Shown: piece by piece, positions 198,057-208,368 of the stretch
Position numbering within the stretch: the first letter of the stretch is position 1
How the letters are laid out: each line of letters opens with the position of its first letter
Assembly (NCBI RefSeq): GCF_000737315.1
Contig: NZ_JMCB01000013.1
Coordinates: 20,001-268,000 of the forward strand
Length of the DNA: 248,000 nt
Direction: 5' to 3'
Source of the DNA: Hyalangium minutum
GTDB lineage: Bacteria; Myxococcota; Myxococcia; Myxococcales; Myxococcaceae
The notes under the pieces: model-generated
What the model saw: only the letters and a program-made list of their open reading frames with translations
Databases searched by the model: none
What the model was told of the DNA's origin: nothing
Made by a program: the position numbers and the translations under genes

Positions 198057-199172
198057 ATGGAACCGATGGGGCTCGTCTCACGCGTCGCGGGGGATTTGGA
198101 GCGGCTGATCGCGCAGGACCGGCTGCCGAGGGATGGACGGCTTCCCTCGGAGCGACTGCTCTCGCGGCAGTATGGCGTCTCACGGACGACGGTCCGGGAG
198201 GCGTTGAGTCACTTGGCATCGCGAGGGCTGATCGTGCAGCACCCGGGCCGTAGGAGCCGCGCGGTGGTGCTGGACGAGACCGTGAACCTGGAGACTCTGG
198301 GGGTGGCGCTGCAGGGAGAAGGCCCAGCGCACCCAGAGAGGAGCCGGCTGCTGGAAGGGTTCCTCTCGCTCAAGCGGGAGCTGATGGTGGAGTTGCTGGC
198401 CATCTGCGGCGAGCGCGCTTCCAAGGAGGAACTGGACCTGCTGGCGAATGCCTGTTTGGCGCTGAGGGATGCTGCTCGCTGGGAGGAGAACCGAGGCCAG
198501 TGGGCTGTGTGGGAGTTCGAACTTCTGAGGCGCGCGGCCCGCGTAGCCGATCGTCCTGGGCACGTGCTGCTCATCCATTCATTGGAGAGATCCTTTTGGA
198601 AGATGGCAGGCCGGGTGCTGCCGCATCTTGATTCCGAGGCCATCTGCCGGTGGGCCGAGTGCGCGTTCTACGCTCTGGTGACGAAGGACGTGCAGGCCCT
198701 GCGCAAAGACCTGCTGCCACTGTTGGAGTCTTGCGATGAGCGGCTTTTTGGCAGCCGCGAGAGAGTCGGCAAGAAGGCCGGCTCGTACACAGCGTTGCCT
198801 GCGGAGGTGACCGATTCCGAAGACATCCCCTCCGGAGCCACTCCCTTCGAAGCTTGCACCGTTGAAGCCACTGCTTCCGAGAGTGCTCCTCCCGAACTCA
198901 GGGTTGCCGAGCCTCCTTCTTCTGCGGCTCCCTTGTTCGAGGTCGCCATCGGTGAGGAAGTAACTTCCGACGGCTCCTCCTCCACCTCTGTAGGACCCAT
199001 CTTCTCAGTGGGACTTGGGGCTGAGGAGAACTCGGCGCCCGAGGTCTCCGATAGACAGGGGCTGGCGGGCGCGGTTTGGACGAGGTGGTCTGATTGTCAG
199101 ACCAGTTCGTACGAAACGACGTCGGCAGGCGCTCCTTCGCCCGAGCCAGACAGCGGCTGGCGGTCGGGTTGA
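198057..199172 (+). CDS. GntR/FadR family regulator with long acidic tail
   Basis: LPSER.L..YGVSRTTVREAL. Confidence 0.8.
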   Translation: MEPMGLVSRVAGDLERLIAQDRLPRDGRLPSERLLSRQYGVSRTTVREALSHLASRGLIVQHPGRRSRAVVLDETVNLETLGVALQGEGPAHPERSRLLEGFLSLKRELMVELLAICGERASKEELDLLANACLALRDAARWEENRGQWAVWEFELLRRAARVADRPGHVLLIHSLERSFWKMAGRVLPHLDSEAICRWAECAFYALVTKDVQALRKDLLPLLESCDERLFGSRERVGKKAGSYTALPAEVTDSEDIPSGATPFEACTVEATASESAPPELRVAEPPSSAAPLFEVAIGEEVTSDGSSSTSVGPIFSVGLGAEENSAPEVSDRQGLAGAVWTRWSDCQTSSYETTSAGAPSPEPDSGWRSG

Positions 199173-199354
199173 CCCCACAGAGTCGGCCTCTTCGCCCCGG
199201 TAAGGTGGAGCAACTCAAGTGGGTTCGCTATGAGGCCGCGAGCGTGCTTGCCGGTGGACTCCATGGCGCTCGGGGCTTGGGCCTTCCGGGCATGGCTCTG
199301 CAGGAGAACCCGTTCCTTGGGTTCACGTTCTGGCACTAGGGTAGACTGCGCGTC

Positions 199355-200452
199355 ATGGCCAAGGGCAGGACTCCGAAGCAACGTCGGCCGGGAACGGGCA
199401 CCAAGCGCAAAGCGGACCCGTCACCGCCGAAGAGAACGACCTCCGCCATCGTGACGACGGGCAGGAAGAGGCCCGTGCTTGCACCGACGCGTTCCGAAGC
199501 GCCTGCTCTTGTGCAGGGAATCTCGGAGGCTCGCCAAGATCTATCGAGAGAACTCCCGACGGCGGTCCCTGTGCCCGGGGAGAGCCGTGAGGGGTCCGAG
199601 GCGGTGCTTGCGCGGTTGCGCAGCTTGGAGACGCTGGAGACGGCTTATGAGGCGTGGCTCGCGCTGAAACTGGAGCACAGTGCCGCCCGCCTTCGCTTCA
199701 AGGAGGAGCGTGAGCGCCTGGATCAGCAGGGTTCGTTCCTCGTGGGCGCTGTTCGCGCAGCGGGCGTCGAGCCCAGGCCTGGCAGTGAGCCCGGTTTGCT
199801 TCCTGCTGGCGCTGAGAGCTTCCTTCGTAACGCCGAAGCCAAGCTCGCGCACGCTCGCGAGGAACTGGCTCGCAGGGAGGTGGAGTCGGAGGCCTTCTAT
199901 CAGAAGGGCTTCGATGAGATCCGCACTACGCTCACCGATCGCGTCCAGCGCTACCTTGCCTCGTCTCGCCCCAGCTTGAAGCTGCTCTTGCGCAAGCTGG
200001 GGGTGACGCGCTCCATTTTGCACGTGGCACGGGTTGGCGGTGACGAGAGCGTGCTGCTCTGCTTTCTCTTCACCGGACGCATTCCCACCCGCTACGGCTT
200101 CCTCTTCGATGACTCCACCGAGGACGTCTCGCTGGCCCCCGCGCCCCTTTATCCGGATGAAGGCGTGGACATGCAGGGCACTCGCCCTGATGCCACGGCC
200201 CTGGGGGCGCGGATGGGGGCTCCCGGTGGGGCATTGCCACTCAAGGGGTTCTTGCCCGTCTTCGTCCCTCGCCCCGAGGGTGGAGAGGACTTCTTCCGGC
200301 TGCTCCAACGTGGACCCGTGATGGAGGTCGAGGTCGCCGACGGCGCCACGTTCCGCAATATCCTCTCCCGCGAGGAGTCAGAGCGCTTCGCGGGCCACCT
200401 GCTGCGGCTGAAGCTCGAAGAGAAGATCGAACTTGAGATCGAGGCTGGCTGA
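199355..200452 (+). CDS. Hypothetical protein
   Basis: 365-aa ORF, basic N-terminus and coiled coil. Confidence 0.6.
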   Translation: MAKGRTPKQRRPGTGTKRKADPSPPKRTTSAIVTTGRKRPVLAPTRSEAPALVQGISEARQDLSRELPTAVPVPGESREGSEAVLARLRSLETLETAYEAWLALKLEHSAARLRFKEERERLDQQGSFLVGAVRAAGVEPRPGSEPGLLPAGAESFLRNAEAKLAHAREELARREVESEAFYQKGFDEIRTTLTDRVQRYLASSRPSLKLLLRKLGVTRSILHVARVGGDESVLLCFLFTGRIPTRYGFLFDDSTEDVSLAPAPLYPDEGVDMQGTRPDATALGARMGAPGGALPLKGFLPVFVPRPEGGEDFFRLLQRGPVMEVEVADGATFRNILSREESERFAGHLLRLKLEEKIELEIEAG

Positions 200453-200552
200453 GGGGTGGTGAGGCAGGCCGCTGCCGCGCCTCGGAGGATCCGCCGATTT
200501 CATCCGAGGATTCACTCTCCTCCCGGAGTCCGTCCGCTCGTACTCATGTCCC

Positions 200553-201521
200553 ATGACACTGGCCTCCGTGAGGCAGAGCATGACGGGACAGGATGTGGAA
200601 ACCGTGGATGTGGTGATTGTCGGAGGCGGACCTGCGGGCCTGAACGCCGCCCTGACGCTGGGCCGCGCCCGGAAGCGGGTGCTGCTCTGCGACGCCGGGC
200701 CTCCTCGGAATGCCGCGGCCGAGCACATTCACGGCTTCGTCACCCGTGACGGAACGCCACCCCGGGAGTTCCGCCAGATCGCCCGTGAGCAGCTGCGGCC
200801 CTACGGCGTCCAGCTTCGCGAGGCACGCGTGGAGGCCGTACAGACGCTCGCCTCCGGCTTTCAGGTGGTTCTTCAGGGCGCAGGTGCCGTGAGTGCCCGT
200901 CGCGTGCTGCTGGCCACAGGCATGGTGGATGTGCTTCCAGACCTGCCGGGGTTCCGGGAGCTCTGGGGCAAGAGCATCTTCCAGTGCCCTTACTGCCACG
201001 GCTGGGAAGTCCAAGGGCAGGCCTTTGGTGTGCTCGCCACCCAGCCGCCGCTTCTGGACTTTGCCCTGTTTCTCACGGGGTGGTCCCCGCACATCACCGT
201101 GTTCACCGAGCAGCGCTTCGAGCTCCCTCCAGAGCAGCGGGAGCGCCTCCTGCGCGCTGGCGTGCAGCTCGAGGAGCGGCGCATCCGCCGGCTGCTCCCA
201201 GGAGCTGAGGACGGAGCGAGGGCTGGGTTGCTCGAAGCGGTGGAGTTGGAGGATGGGACGCGGGTGGCTCGGGAGGTGCTTTTCGCGCCCCCTCCCCAAC
201301 AGCAGTCACGGGTGGTTCAGCAACTCGGGCTCGCGCTGGATGAACTGGGGTGCGTCCGCGTGAACGCTCACTATGAGACCTCCATCCCGGGCATTTATGC
201401 CGCCGGGGATCTGACGACGCGTCTTCAAGGCGCGGTGATCGCCGCCGCCGCCGGGTGTGCGGCCGCCTCCATGCTGAACCATGCCCTCAACCTCGAGAGC
201501 GCTGAGCATGGAAGCCGTTGA
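200553..201521 (+). CDS. Thioredoxin reductase-like NAD(P)/FAD oxidoreductase
   Basis: GGGPAG, CPYCHG, YAAGD. Confidence 0.88.
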   Translation: MTLASVRQSMTGQDVETVDVVIVGGGPAGLNAALTLGRARKRVLLCDAGPPRNAAAEHIHGFVTRDGTPPREFRQIAREQLRPYGVQLREARVEAVQTLASGFQVVLQGAGAVSARRVLLATGMVDVLPDLPGFRELWGKSIFQCPYCHGWEVQGQAFGVLATQPPLLDFALFLTGWSPHITVFTEQRFELPPEQRERLLRAGVQLEERRIRRLLPGAEDGARAGLLEAVELEDGTRVAREVLFAPPPQQQSRVVQQLGLALDELGCVRVNAHYETSIPGIYAAGDLTTRLQGAVIAAAAGCAAASMLNHALNLESAEHGSR

Positions 201522-201552
201522 GGCCCCTCGAGGTTCTGGCTACGAAGGCGCG

Positions 201553-202455
201553 ATGCCCAGTCCCCGTGCACCGCAGCGCCCACGACGCGAGCCCTCTCGC
201601 GAAGACTTCGAATCGCTCCGGGTGCCTCTTTGGGTCAGCCGCTATGAGCACGAGGAGCGTGTTCCCTGCGGCCCCCCTGGCCCTGCCGTTCACACCTATG
201701 CGGTCATCATCCTCGTCACACGAGGCCAGGCGCGAGTTCGTCACGCGGGCGAGCAGGTGCTGCGGGCCGGAGATGTTCACCTCATTCCTCCCGGAGATCC
201801 GCATGGGCCGGCTCATCTCGAGGAGGTCGAGGGATGGGCGCTCGCTTTCCGGCCCGAGGCCCTGTCCCAGGAGGACGCGGGGTGGGGGAGCGAGAGCGCG
201901 GTCCACCTGGGGCCCTTTGTCCGGATCCGCAGCGGGTGCCACCCCGTGCTCCGGCCTTCTCCGGCTCAGCGCGGCCGGCTCTTGCACTGGTTCAAGCTCA
202001 TCCAGGCGGAGCTTGCCCAGGAGGAGCCCGGACGGGACGACGCCCTTCGCGCCCTGCTCCGGCTGGTGCTCGTCGAGCTGTCACGCATCGAGGCGCCCCA
202101 GAGCACTCCCGAGCTCGTGGGCCTCAGCCTGGCCCGACGTGCCCTCACGCATATCGAGGCCCACTGCCTCCAGCCGCTGTCGCTGACGGAGGTGGCGGCC
202201 GCCCTGGGCCGCTCCCCCACGCATGTGGCGGGCGTCGTCCGCCGGGAGACAGGGCGGACCGTCGGCGAGTGGATCCTGGAGTACCGCATGGCCGAGGCCC
202301 GCCGGCGCCTCCGGGGCACCGACGAGCGCGTGGACATCATCGCCGAGCGCGTGGGTTACGCGGATGTGACGCACTTCATCCGCCTCTTCCGGCGCGTCCA
202401 CGGCGTCACGCCTGCCGCCTGGAGGCGCCGGGTGACCAGCGCTTCCGGGGGCTGA
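201553..202455 (+). CDS. AraC family regulator
   Basis: LSLTEVA, VGYAD..HF.R.FRR..G.TP. Confidence 0.88.
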   Translation: MPSPRAPQRPRREPSREDFESLRVPLWVSRYEHEERVPCGPPGPAVHTYAVIILVTRGQARVRHAGEQVLRAGDVHLIPPGDPHGPAHLEEVEGWALAFRPEALSQEDAGWGSESAVHLGPFVRIRSGCHPVLRPSPAQRGRLLHWFKLIQAELAQEEPGRDDALRALLRLVLVELSRIEAPQSTPELVGLSLARRALTHIEAHCLQPLSLTEVAAALGRSPTHVAGVVRRETGRTVGEWILEYRMAEARRRLRGTDERVDIIAERVGYADVTHFIRLFRRVHGVTPAAWRRRVTSASGG

Positions 202456-202466
202456 GCCGCGCAGGG

Positions 202467-203330
202467 CTATTGCGTGTGCACCACGCCCACGTCCGCGGTG
202501 CCGGCCAGCAGCGCGCTTCCCAGGAAGAGGTTCTCCGACTGGGGGCCCCCAGTGCGAACCGACTGGAAGATGACCAGGTACGTCTGCTTCGGCAGAGGGA
202601 AGGCACTGCCGGGGATCGTTACGCGCTTCACCTTCCAGTCTACCGGCGCGGCGACGAGCTTGATGAAGTCCAGCGGAGCCTTCGGCACGTTCGTGTAGGT
202701 GGGCTCGCCCTGCTGGCCGCTGTCGCTCACCGGGATCACCGTCACGAAGCCCAGCGTCCGCTCCTGCCCAGAGGCCGGCTCTGCTCGGTCGAACGCCAGC
202801 TCCGTGTTAGCCGCCATCCGCACCACCCCCGCCGCCGGATGCAACGCGGGGATGTTCTCCCGGGCGGGCGCCTCCTTCACCTGGCCGACGAACTTCTCGC
202901 CCCCGCGCTCGGCGATGAATTCATAGGTGGCCCCGTTCTGGTATGTCAGCGTCGCGTCGCTGTTGCTCGAGCGGCTGTACGAGCCAAAGCCGTCGCTGGT
203001 GAGGGACACCTTCTGGGTGCCGTTGGTCTGTATTGTCACCGTGGCACCCGTCAGGCCCTCGGGGGTGGCGTTCGTTCCGTTGCGCGTGCCCATGAAGACC
203101 ACGGCCGCTGTCTGGCCCGGGAGGGTGAAGGAGGACTGGCCTCCGTCCGCCTGCACGCCCCCGTCCAGGCCCGCGACGGCCTCGGGCGAGATGGCCACAT
203201 CCGGTGTGGAGAGCAGGGTGCCCACCATCACCGTCTCGGCGGAGATCTGGTTCGCGGTCTTCTCGAGATCGCACGCCAGGGGTGCAAGGCAGCAGACGGC
203301 TACAGCGGAAAGCAGGAAGAGGCGTTTCAT
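202467..203330 (-). CDS. Hypothetical lipoprotein
   Basis: PLAC lipobox. Confidence 0.65.
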   Translation of the reverse strand: MKRLFLLSAVAVCCLAPLACDLEKTANQISAETVMVGTLLSTPDVAISPEAVAGLDGGVQADGGQSSFTLPGQTAAVVFMGTRNGTNATPEGLTGATVTIQTNGTQKVSLTSDGFGSYSRSSNSDATLTYQNGATYEFIAERGGEKFVGQVKEAPARENIPALHPAAGVVRMAANTELAFDRAEPASGQERTLGFVTVIPVSDSGQQGEPTYTNVPKAPLDFIKLVAAPVDWKVKRVTIPGSAFPLPKQTYLVIFQSVRTGGPQSENLFLGSALLAGTADVGVVHTQ

Positions 203331-203421
203331 CTGAATCGAATCCTTCCAAGAAGCCCGGCCCTGCAAGAGAGCATATCAGTCCCCCCCACGACAGGCGCGG
203401 GCGCGGTATCCTTGTGGCCCC

Positions 203422-206031
203422 GTGCAGAGCCGCCCCGTCCAGTCCTCCGGCCGCCGCTTCCTCAAGCGGCTGGGGTTTGCCCTCCTTCAGACCGCCATCT
203501 TCGGCTCCCTGATTGGCGGGCTCGTCTACGTCCGCGTGCCGCGGACGCAGCTGGACTCAGAGGGGGCTCCGCAGACGGTCCTCACCTGGCTGGTGGGTCT
203601 TATCGAGCGCCCCGAGAGCCTCACCTATGACGCCCGCGCGCGAGCCCTTGGGGAGTCCCTCCAGCGGCAGCGCCTCAAGGATGCCCAGCACCCGGAGCGC
203701 GTCGTCGTCGTGACGGTGGACGACGACACCCTGAGCAACGCGCAACAGAGCCAGCACCGGGAGCTCGCCTCCTACCCTTGGCCCCGCGAGGTGATGGGCG
203801 GGATGACGCGCCGGCTGGTAGAGGAGGGCGCTTCCATCGTGTTGATCGACACGCTCTTCCCCGAGTTGAGCCCGCGCGGGTGCTTCACCCAGGATCCTCA
203901 GGCCGAAGGGGGCTCCGAAGAGGCCTCCGATGACGAGCTCTTCCGCAAGGGGCTCAGCCAGGATCCCGGCCGCTCCGTGCTCGCCTTCAGCTGGAGTGTC
204001 CCCCGGGCCAGCCCGCCCTCGTTCCAGCTGTGGCCCTACCGCGCACGCGTGGGCTCGCACCCGGGACAGGCCGACGCCCGCACCCAGGCCCAGCAGGTGC
204101 TCGCCCTGCAGCGGCCCGCCTTCCTCATTCCCTCAGGAGATCGGGTGGAGGTGTGGGCCGGCGTCGAGGATGAGCGCGAAGGCCAGGTGCTCGCCGCCAA
204201 GCTCGGCTCGCCCCCGGCCCCGGCCCTCGTCCGGGAGCGCCGCAGCGCGGATGACGCCTCGCGAATCACTCCGCTGGATCTCTTCGTCTCGCTGGCCGAG
204301 GTGGAGGTAGAGGGGCTCGATCCTTCCCTGTTGCTGAAGGTGCGCACGCTGCGCCACCCCGTGGTGCAACTGCTGGGCTCCCAGAGCCTCCTGGGCTCGG
204401 TGACGGCCTTCCCGGACGCCGATGGCGTCGTCCGGGGCATGCTCCACCTCGTCAATTACGAGCCCCGCGAGGGCGAACACCACATCCTCCCCTCGCAGCC
204501 CCTGGCCGCCGCCATGAAGCTGGCGGGCACCCGGAAGCTCCGCTACGCCGATGGCCGCCTCTCCGTGGGCGACGCCTACTCGTTCCCCATGGACGAGACG
204601 GGCTACAGCCTCACGCGCTGGGAGGCCGGAGACGCGGGCCGCACGGCGGGCGCCTCGGTGTTCCGCACCCTCCGCGCCTGGAACATCCTGCTCAACCTCT
204701 TCGATCTCCGCGAAGGCCGGCCGCCGCGCTCGGCGCATGATCTCGAGCAGCGCGCCGTCGTCCTCACGAACACCTCCACCTATGCCACCGAGTACCGCGC
204801 CACGCCCATTGGCGAGACGACGCCTCGGGGCGCCGTGCTCGCGCAGTCGCTGGAGAACATCCTTCAGTCCGAGGGCATCGTCCGGGCCCCGCCCCGGATG
204901 GACCTGTACCTGACGATGGGCATGGCCTTCTTCGGGGCCACCATCGCCTTCTTCTTCAGCCGCAGCTTCCGCTCCGGCTTCGGTGCCGTCCTCTACTTCT
205001 CCAGCGCGGTGGCCGCGCTCGTGGCCTACTACTTCGTGGCCCGCTACGTCTTCGTGGAGAAGCAGCTGTGGATCGCCGTCGCCGGTCCGCAGTTCGCCAT
205101 GGTGGCCACGTTCCTCCTCACCACCGTGTACACCGTCCGCACGGAGGACGAGATCCGCGACTTCGTCAACCACGCGCTCGGCCGCTACGTGAGCCCCGAG
205201 GTGGCCCGGCTCGTCACGAGAGATCTCTCCCTGCTGGTGCACCCCGAGCGCCGGCCGATGACGATCTTCTTCTGTGACATCGCCGGCTTCACCCGGCTCT
205301 CCGAGCAGATGGAGCCGCTGCGGCTCGTCCAGTTCCTCAACGAGTACCTCACGGAGATGACGCTGGCGGTGCGTGCCTCGGGCGGCCAGGTGGACAAGTA
205401 CATCGGCGACACGGTGATGGCCTTCTGGGGCGCCCCCGTGCGCACCGATCGCCATGCCCACCTGGCCTGTGACGCCTTCCTGAAGATGCACGCCCTGGTG
205501 CAGGAGCGCCAGGAGGCCTGGGTGAAGAAGTACGGCCAGCGCATCCTGTTCCGCGCTGGCATCAACAGCGGCGACGTCGTCGTGGGCGACATGGGCACCG
205601 AGCTCAAGTCCAACTACACCGTGTTCGGCGACGCCGTGGGCCTGGCCTCGTGGCTGGAGGGCTGCAACAAGTTCTACGGCACCGTGGCCCTGGTGGGGGA
205701 GGCGACCGCCCAGCTCGCTCGCGACGCCTACGTCTTCCGGGAGGTGGATCGCGTGCTGGTGAAGAACAAGCCCACGCCCATCCGTCTCCATGAGCTGCTC
205801 GGGCGCCACGGGGAGATCTCTCCGCGCATGCAGGAGCAGCTCGGCCTCTACGAGCAGGCGTTGACCGCCTATCACCAGCGCCGCTTCAACGAGGCGCTCG
205901 AATTGTTCGAGCGCTGCTCCTCGGAGTATCAGGACACCGTCGCAGCCGTGTATGCGGGCCGGTGCCGTCGCTTCCTCGTCAGCGCCCCGGCGGAGGACTG
206001 GGATGGCGTCTACGAAGTCGGGGAGAAGTGA
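203422..206031 (+). CDS. CHASE2 adenylate/guanylate cyclase
   Basis: YPWPR, FCDIAGFT, DKYIGD, FGDAVGLASWLE. Confidence 0.88.
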   Translation: MQSRPVQSSGRRFLKRLGFALLQTAIFGSLIGGLVYVRVPRTQLDSEGAPQTVLTWLVGLIERPESLTYDARARALGESLQRQRLKDAQHPERVVVVTVDDDTLSNAQQSQHRELASYPWPREVMGGMTRRLVEEGASIVLIDTLFPELSPRGCFTQDPQAEGGSEEASDDELFRKGLSQDPGRSVLAFSWSVPRASPPSFQLWPYRARVGSHPGQADARTQAQQVLALQRPAFLIPSGDRVEVWAGVEDEREGQVLAAKLGSPPAPALVRERRSADDASRITPLDLFVSLAEVEVEGLDPSLLLKVRTLRHPVVQLLGSQSLLGSVTAFPDADGVVRGMLHLVNYEPREGEHHILPSQPLAAAMKLAGTRKLRYADGRLSVGDAYSFPMDETGYSLTRWEAGDAGRTAGASVFRTLRAWNILLNLFDLREGRPPRSAHDLEQRAVVLTNTSTYATEYRATPIGETTPRGAVLAQSLENILQSEGIVRAPPRMDLYLTMGMAFFGATIAFFFSRSFRSGFGAVLYFSSAVAALVAYYFVARYVFVEKQLWIAVAGPQFAMVATFLLTTVYTVRTEDEIRDFVNHALGRYVSPEVARLVTRDLSLLVHPERRPMTIFFCDIAGFTRLSEQMEPLRLVQFLNEYLTEMTLAVRASGGQVDKYIGDTVMAFWGAPVRTDRHAHLACDAFLKMHALVQERQEAWVKKYGQRILFRAGINSGDVVVGDMGTELKSNYTVFGDAVGLASWLEGCNKFYGTVALVGEATAQLARDAYVFREVDRVLVKNKPTPIRLHELLGRHGEISPRMQEQLGLYEQALTAYHQRRFNEALELFERCSSEYQDTVAAVYAGRCRRFLVSAPAEDWDGVYEVGEK

Positions 206032-207121
206032 CGCCGTGGGCCGCTCTCGGCGCAGGGGTGCGTCCTGGGTGCTCGGAGGGGTGCTCGCGGGGGCTCTCTC
206101 GGCGTGCCAGGCGGGGAACACGCCTGCGCTGCTCGCCCGGGCCGAGCAGAGCCTCGAGGAAAGCCGGGGCCAGCTGAGCCGCGAGCTGGATCAGCGCAAG
206201 GGGGTGGGCCTCATGGGGGCCTCGCTCACCGGGTGCTCCCTGGAGCGCCGCAAGGCCTACGAGCTGGACGCCGAGCAGGAGGCCACCTTGGGCCAGGCCG
206301 TCGCCGCGCGTCAGCTTGCGCTGCTGGGCGTCGAGCCGCTGCCCACCACGGAGCCGGTGGCGCGTTACGTGGATCAGCTCGGGCAGTACCTCGCGCTCGT
206401 GGCCGCAGCGGTAGGCAACGCCAACGGCCCGGATCGCGCCAGCGGACCCGAGCGGGCCCTCGACAACCGCCCCTGGCCTCACGCGGGCTACCAGTTCCAG
206501 GTGCTGCCGCTGGAAGAGCCGCGGGCCTCGGGATCTCCCGGGGGCATCGTCTTCATTTCCACGGGCTTCCTGCGCGCGATGGGCAGCGAGGAGGAACTGG
206601 CTGCGGTGCTGTCCCATGAGCTGGCCCACCTGCAGCGCGGGCACGGCGTAGAAGCCATCAAGGCTGCCCTGTGTGACTACGAAGCGCGCCAGGAGTCCTC
206701 GGCCAAGCTTCAGTCCTTCAATCAGCGTCTCAAGCTGCAGCGCCAGACGGCCGCTGCAGGCTCTCGGACGGCGGAGGAGGCGGCGAACCTCTCCCGCGAG
206801 GGCTTCCCCGAGGGGCTCGAGTTGGAGGCGGACCGTATTGCCGTGCGCATTCTGCTGGCCGCGGGGTACGACGCCCGAGCCTTCACCGGGCTGCTCCAGC
206901 GTCTCAACCTGGAGGCCCCCGCCAAGCACCCCTGGCGCCGCACGCACCCGCAGCCTCGGGAGCGGGTGGCGGTGGTGGAGGAGCGGCTGAAGGCGCTCGG
207001 GCCTTCGCAGGCCTGGCCCACACCCGAGACGGTGGCTTCACGAACCCAGCGCTTCCACGAGGCCATGAGCGTACTGCCCACCCCGGTGGCAGGACCGCAA
207101 TCCCTCCTCCCGCCCCCGTAG
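206003..207121 (+). CDS. M48 family metalloprotease lipoprotein
   Basis: LSAC lipobox; HELAH, ELEAD, THP. Confidence 0.82.
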   Translation: MASTKSGRSDAVGRSRRRGASWVLGGVLAGALSACQAGNTPALLARAEQSLEESRGQLSRELDQRKGVGLMGASLTGCSLERRKAYELDAEQEATLGQAVAARQLALLGVEPLPTTEPVARYVDQLGQYLALVAAAVGNANGPDRASGPERALDNRPWPHAGYQFQVLPLEEPRASGSPGGIVFISTGFLRAMGSEEELAAVLSHELAHLQRGHGVEAIKAALCDYEARQESSAKLQSFNQRLKLQRQTAAAGSRTAEEAANLSREGFPEGLELEADRIAVRILLAAGYDARAFTGLLQRLNLEAPAKHPWRRTHPQPRERVAVVEERLKALGPSQAWPTPETVASRTQRFHEAMSVLPTPVAGPQSLLPPP

Positions 207122-207132
207122 GCGCGAGCGGT

Positions 207133-207489
207133 CTACGGATCCTCGTCCGGGTTGCCGAAGAGCTCGCGGATGGGCTTGTCCTCGGCAATGTGCTCGGTCA
207201 CCACCCGGCGCATCTTCTCGGGCGTCATCCGCGAGTAATAAACCTCCCCAGGCCAGCCCATGAGCTGGAAGTCCTCGGGAGAGAGCGGATCCCGCTTGCG
207301 CCCGGTGTCCTCGCGGATCACCACGTTGGGGCCCATGTGGCAGAAGCCGTAGCAGCCGCCCCGGTACGCCTCGCAGCGCGGAACGAGGGCTCGCTGGGCG
207401 AGTTCCTCCTTGGCCGCGGCGAACACGGCATCGGACCCGTTGCCCTTGCAGTCCATGCCTTTGCACACGGAGAGGCGGTAGCGCTTCAT
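207133..207489 (-). CDS. Thioredoxin-like [2Fe-2S] ferredoxin
   Basis: VCKGMDC..GCYGFC..GPNV. Confidence 0.8.
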   Translation of the reverse strand: MKRYRLSVCKGMDCKGNGSDAVFAAAKEELAQRALVPRCEAYRGGCYGFCHMGPNVVIREDTGRKRDPLSPEDFQLMGWPGEVYYSRMTPEKMRRVVTEHIAEDKPIRELFGNPDEDP

Positions 207490-207622
207490 CGGGTTCACCC
207501 TACGGGAGTTGCCAGAGACGGGGAAGAGGCGGCCAGGCGAGCGGCCCCCTGAAACGGCACCGGCCCGCGTCCGCTTCCTCGGCAGAGGGAGCAGGGCGGG
207601 CCGGAGCACCCAGCGCGTGGGG

Positions 207623-208342
207623 TTACTTGTGCTTCGGAGCCGTGCCCGCGTGCAGCTGCTTGGGCTCGTGGCCCTTGCCCACGGCGTGCGGCGTCTTGAG
207701 CTGCACCAGGCCCTCGCCAATGCGCGTGTGGGCCTCCTTGTGCACGTGGTGCGGCTCCTCGGAGCCCTCGCGCTTGTTCCACGGATCCGACGGGTGCGAC
207801 ACCGCCGGGCCCTTCAGCAGCTTGGGGATGTCGTACACGAAGCCCTGGCGGTTGTACTCGGGCTTGGTGTGCTCGTAGGTGTCCATGCGGATGGCGTCCT
207901 TGGGGCACGCCTCCACGCACAGGCCGCAGACGATGCAGCGCAGCTCGTCGATGACGAACTGAGTGGGGTACTTCTCGATGACGCGAGACTCACCCTCCTT
208001 GTCCGCGTGCTCGTACTCACCCGCCTCGATGTAGATGCACTGCGCCGGGCAGATGGTGGCGCACATGTAGCAAGCCACGCAGCGCGGCTTGCCATCATCC
208101 CGAGGAACCAGGCGGTGCAGCCCGCGGTAGCCGGGAGGGTAGGGGATCTTCTCTTCCGGGTACTCGACGGTGGTGATGAGGCTGGTGCCCTTGCGGTCCA
208201 CCACCGAGGTGTTCGTGTCGCGCGTTCCGAAGAGGTTCCGGAAGAAGTGGCGCGCGGTGATGCCCAGCCCCTTGAGGAGCTCCGGGAGATAGGCCCGCTC
208301 GCGGACATCCGTGCGGGGATCTTGGGTCGCCTTGTAGCCCAT
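207623..208342 (-). CDS. nuoI: NADH-quinone oxidoreductase subunit I
   Basis: [12 protein letters not shown]; [12 protein letters not shown]. Confidence 0.93.
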   Translation of the reverse strand: MGYKATQDPRTDVRERAYLPELLKGLGITARHFFRNLFGTRDTNTSVVDRKGTSLITTVEYPEEKIPYPPGYRGLHRLVPRDDGKPRCVACYMCATICPAQCIYIEAGEYEHADKEGESRVIEKYPTQFVIDELRCIVCGLCVEACPKDAIRMDTYEHTKPEYNRQGFVYDIPKLLKGPAVSHPSDPWNKREGSEEPHHVHKEAHTRIGEGLVQLKTPHAVGKGHEPKQLHAGTAPKHK

Positions 208343-208368
208343 GACAGTCCTTGTCTTTCCTCGGAAGC

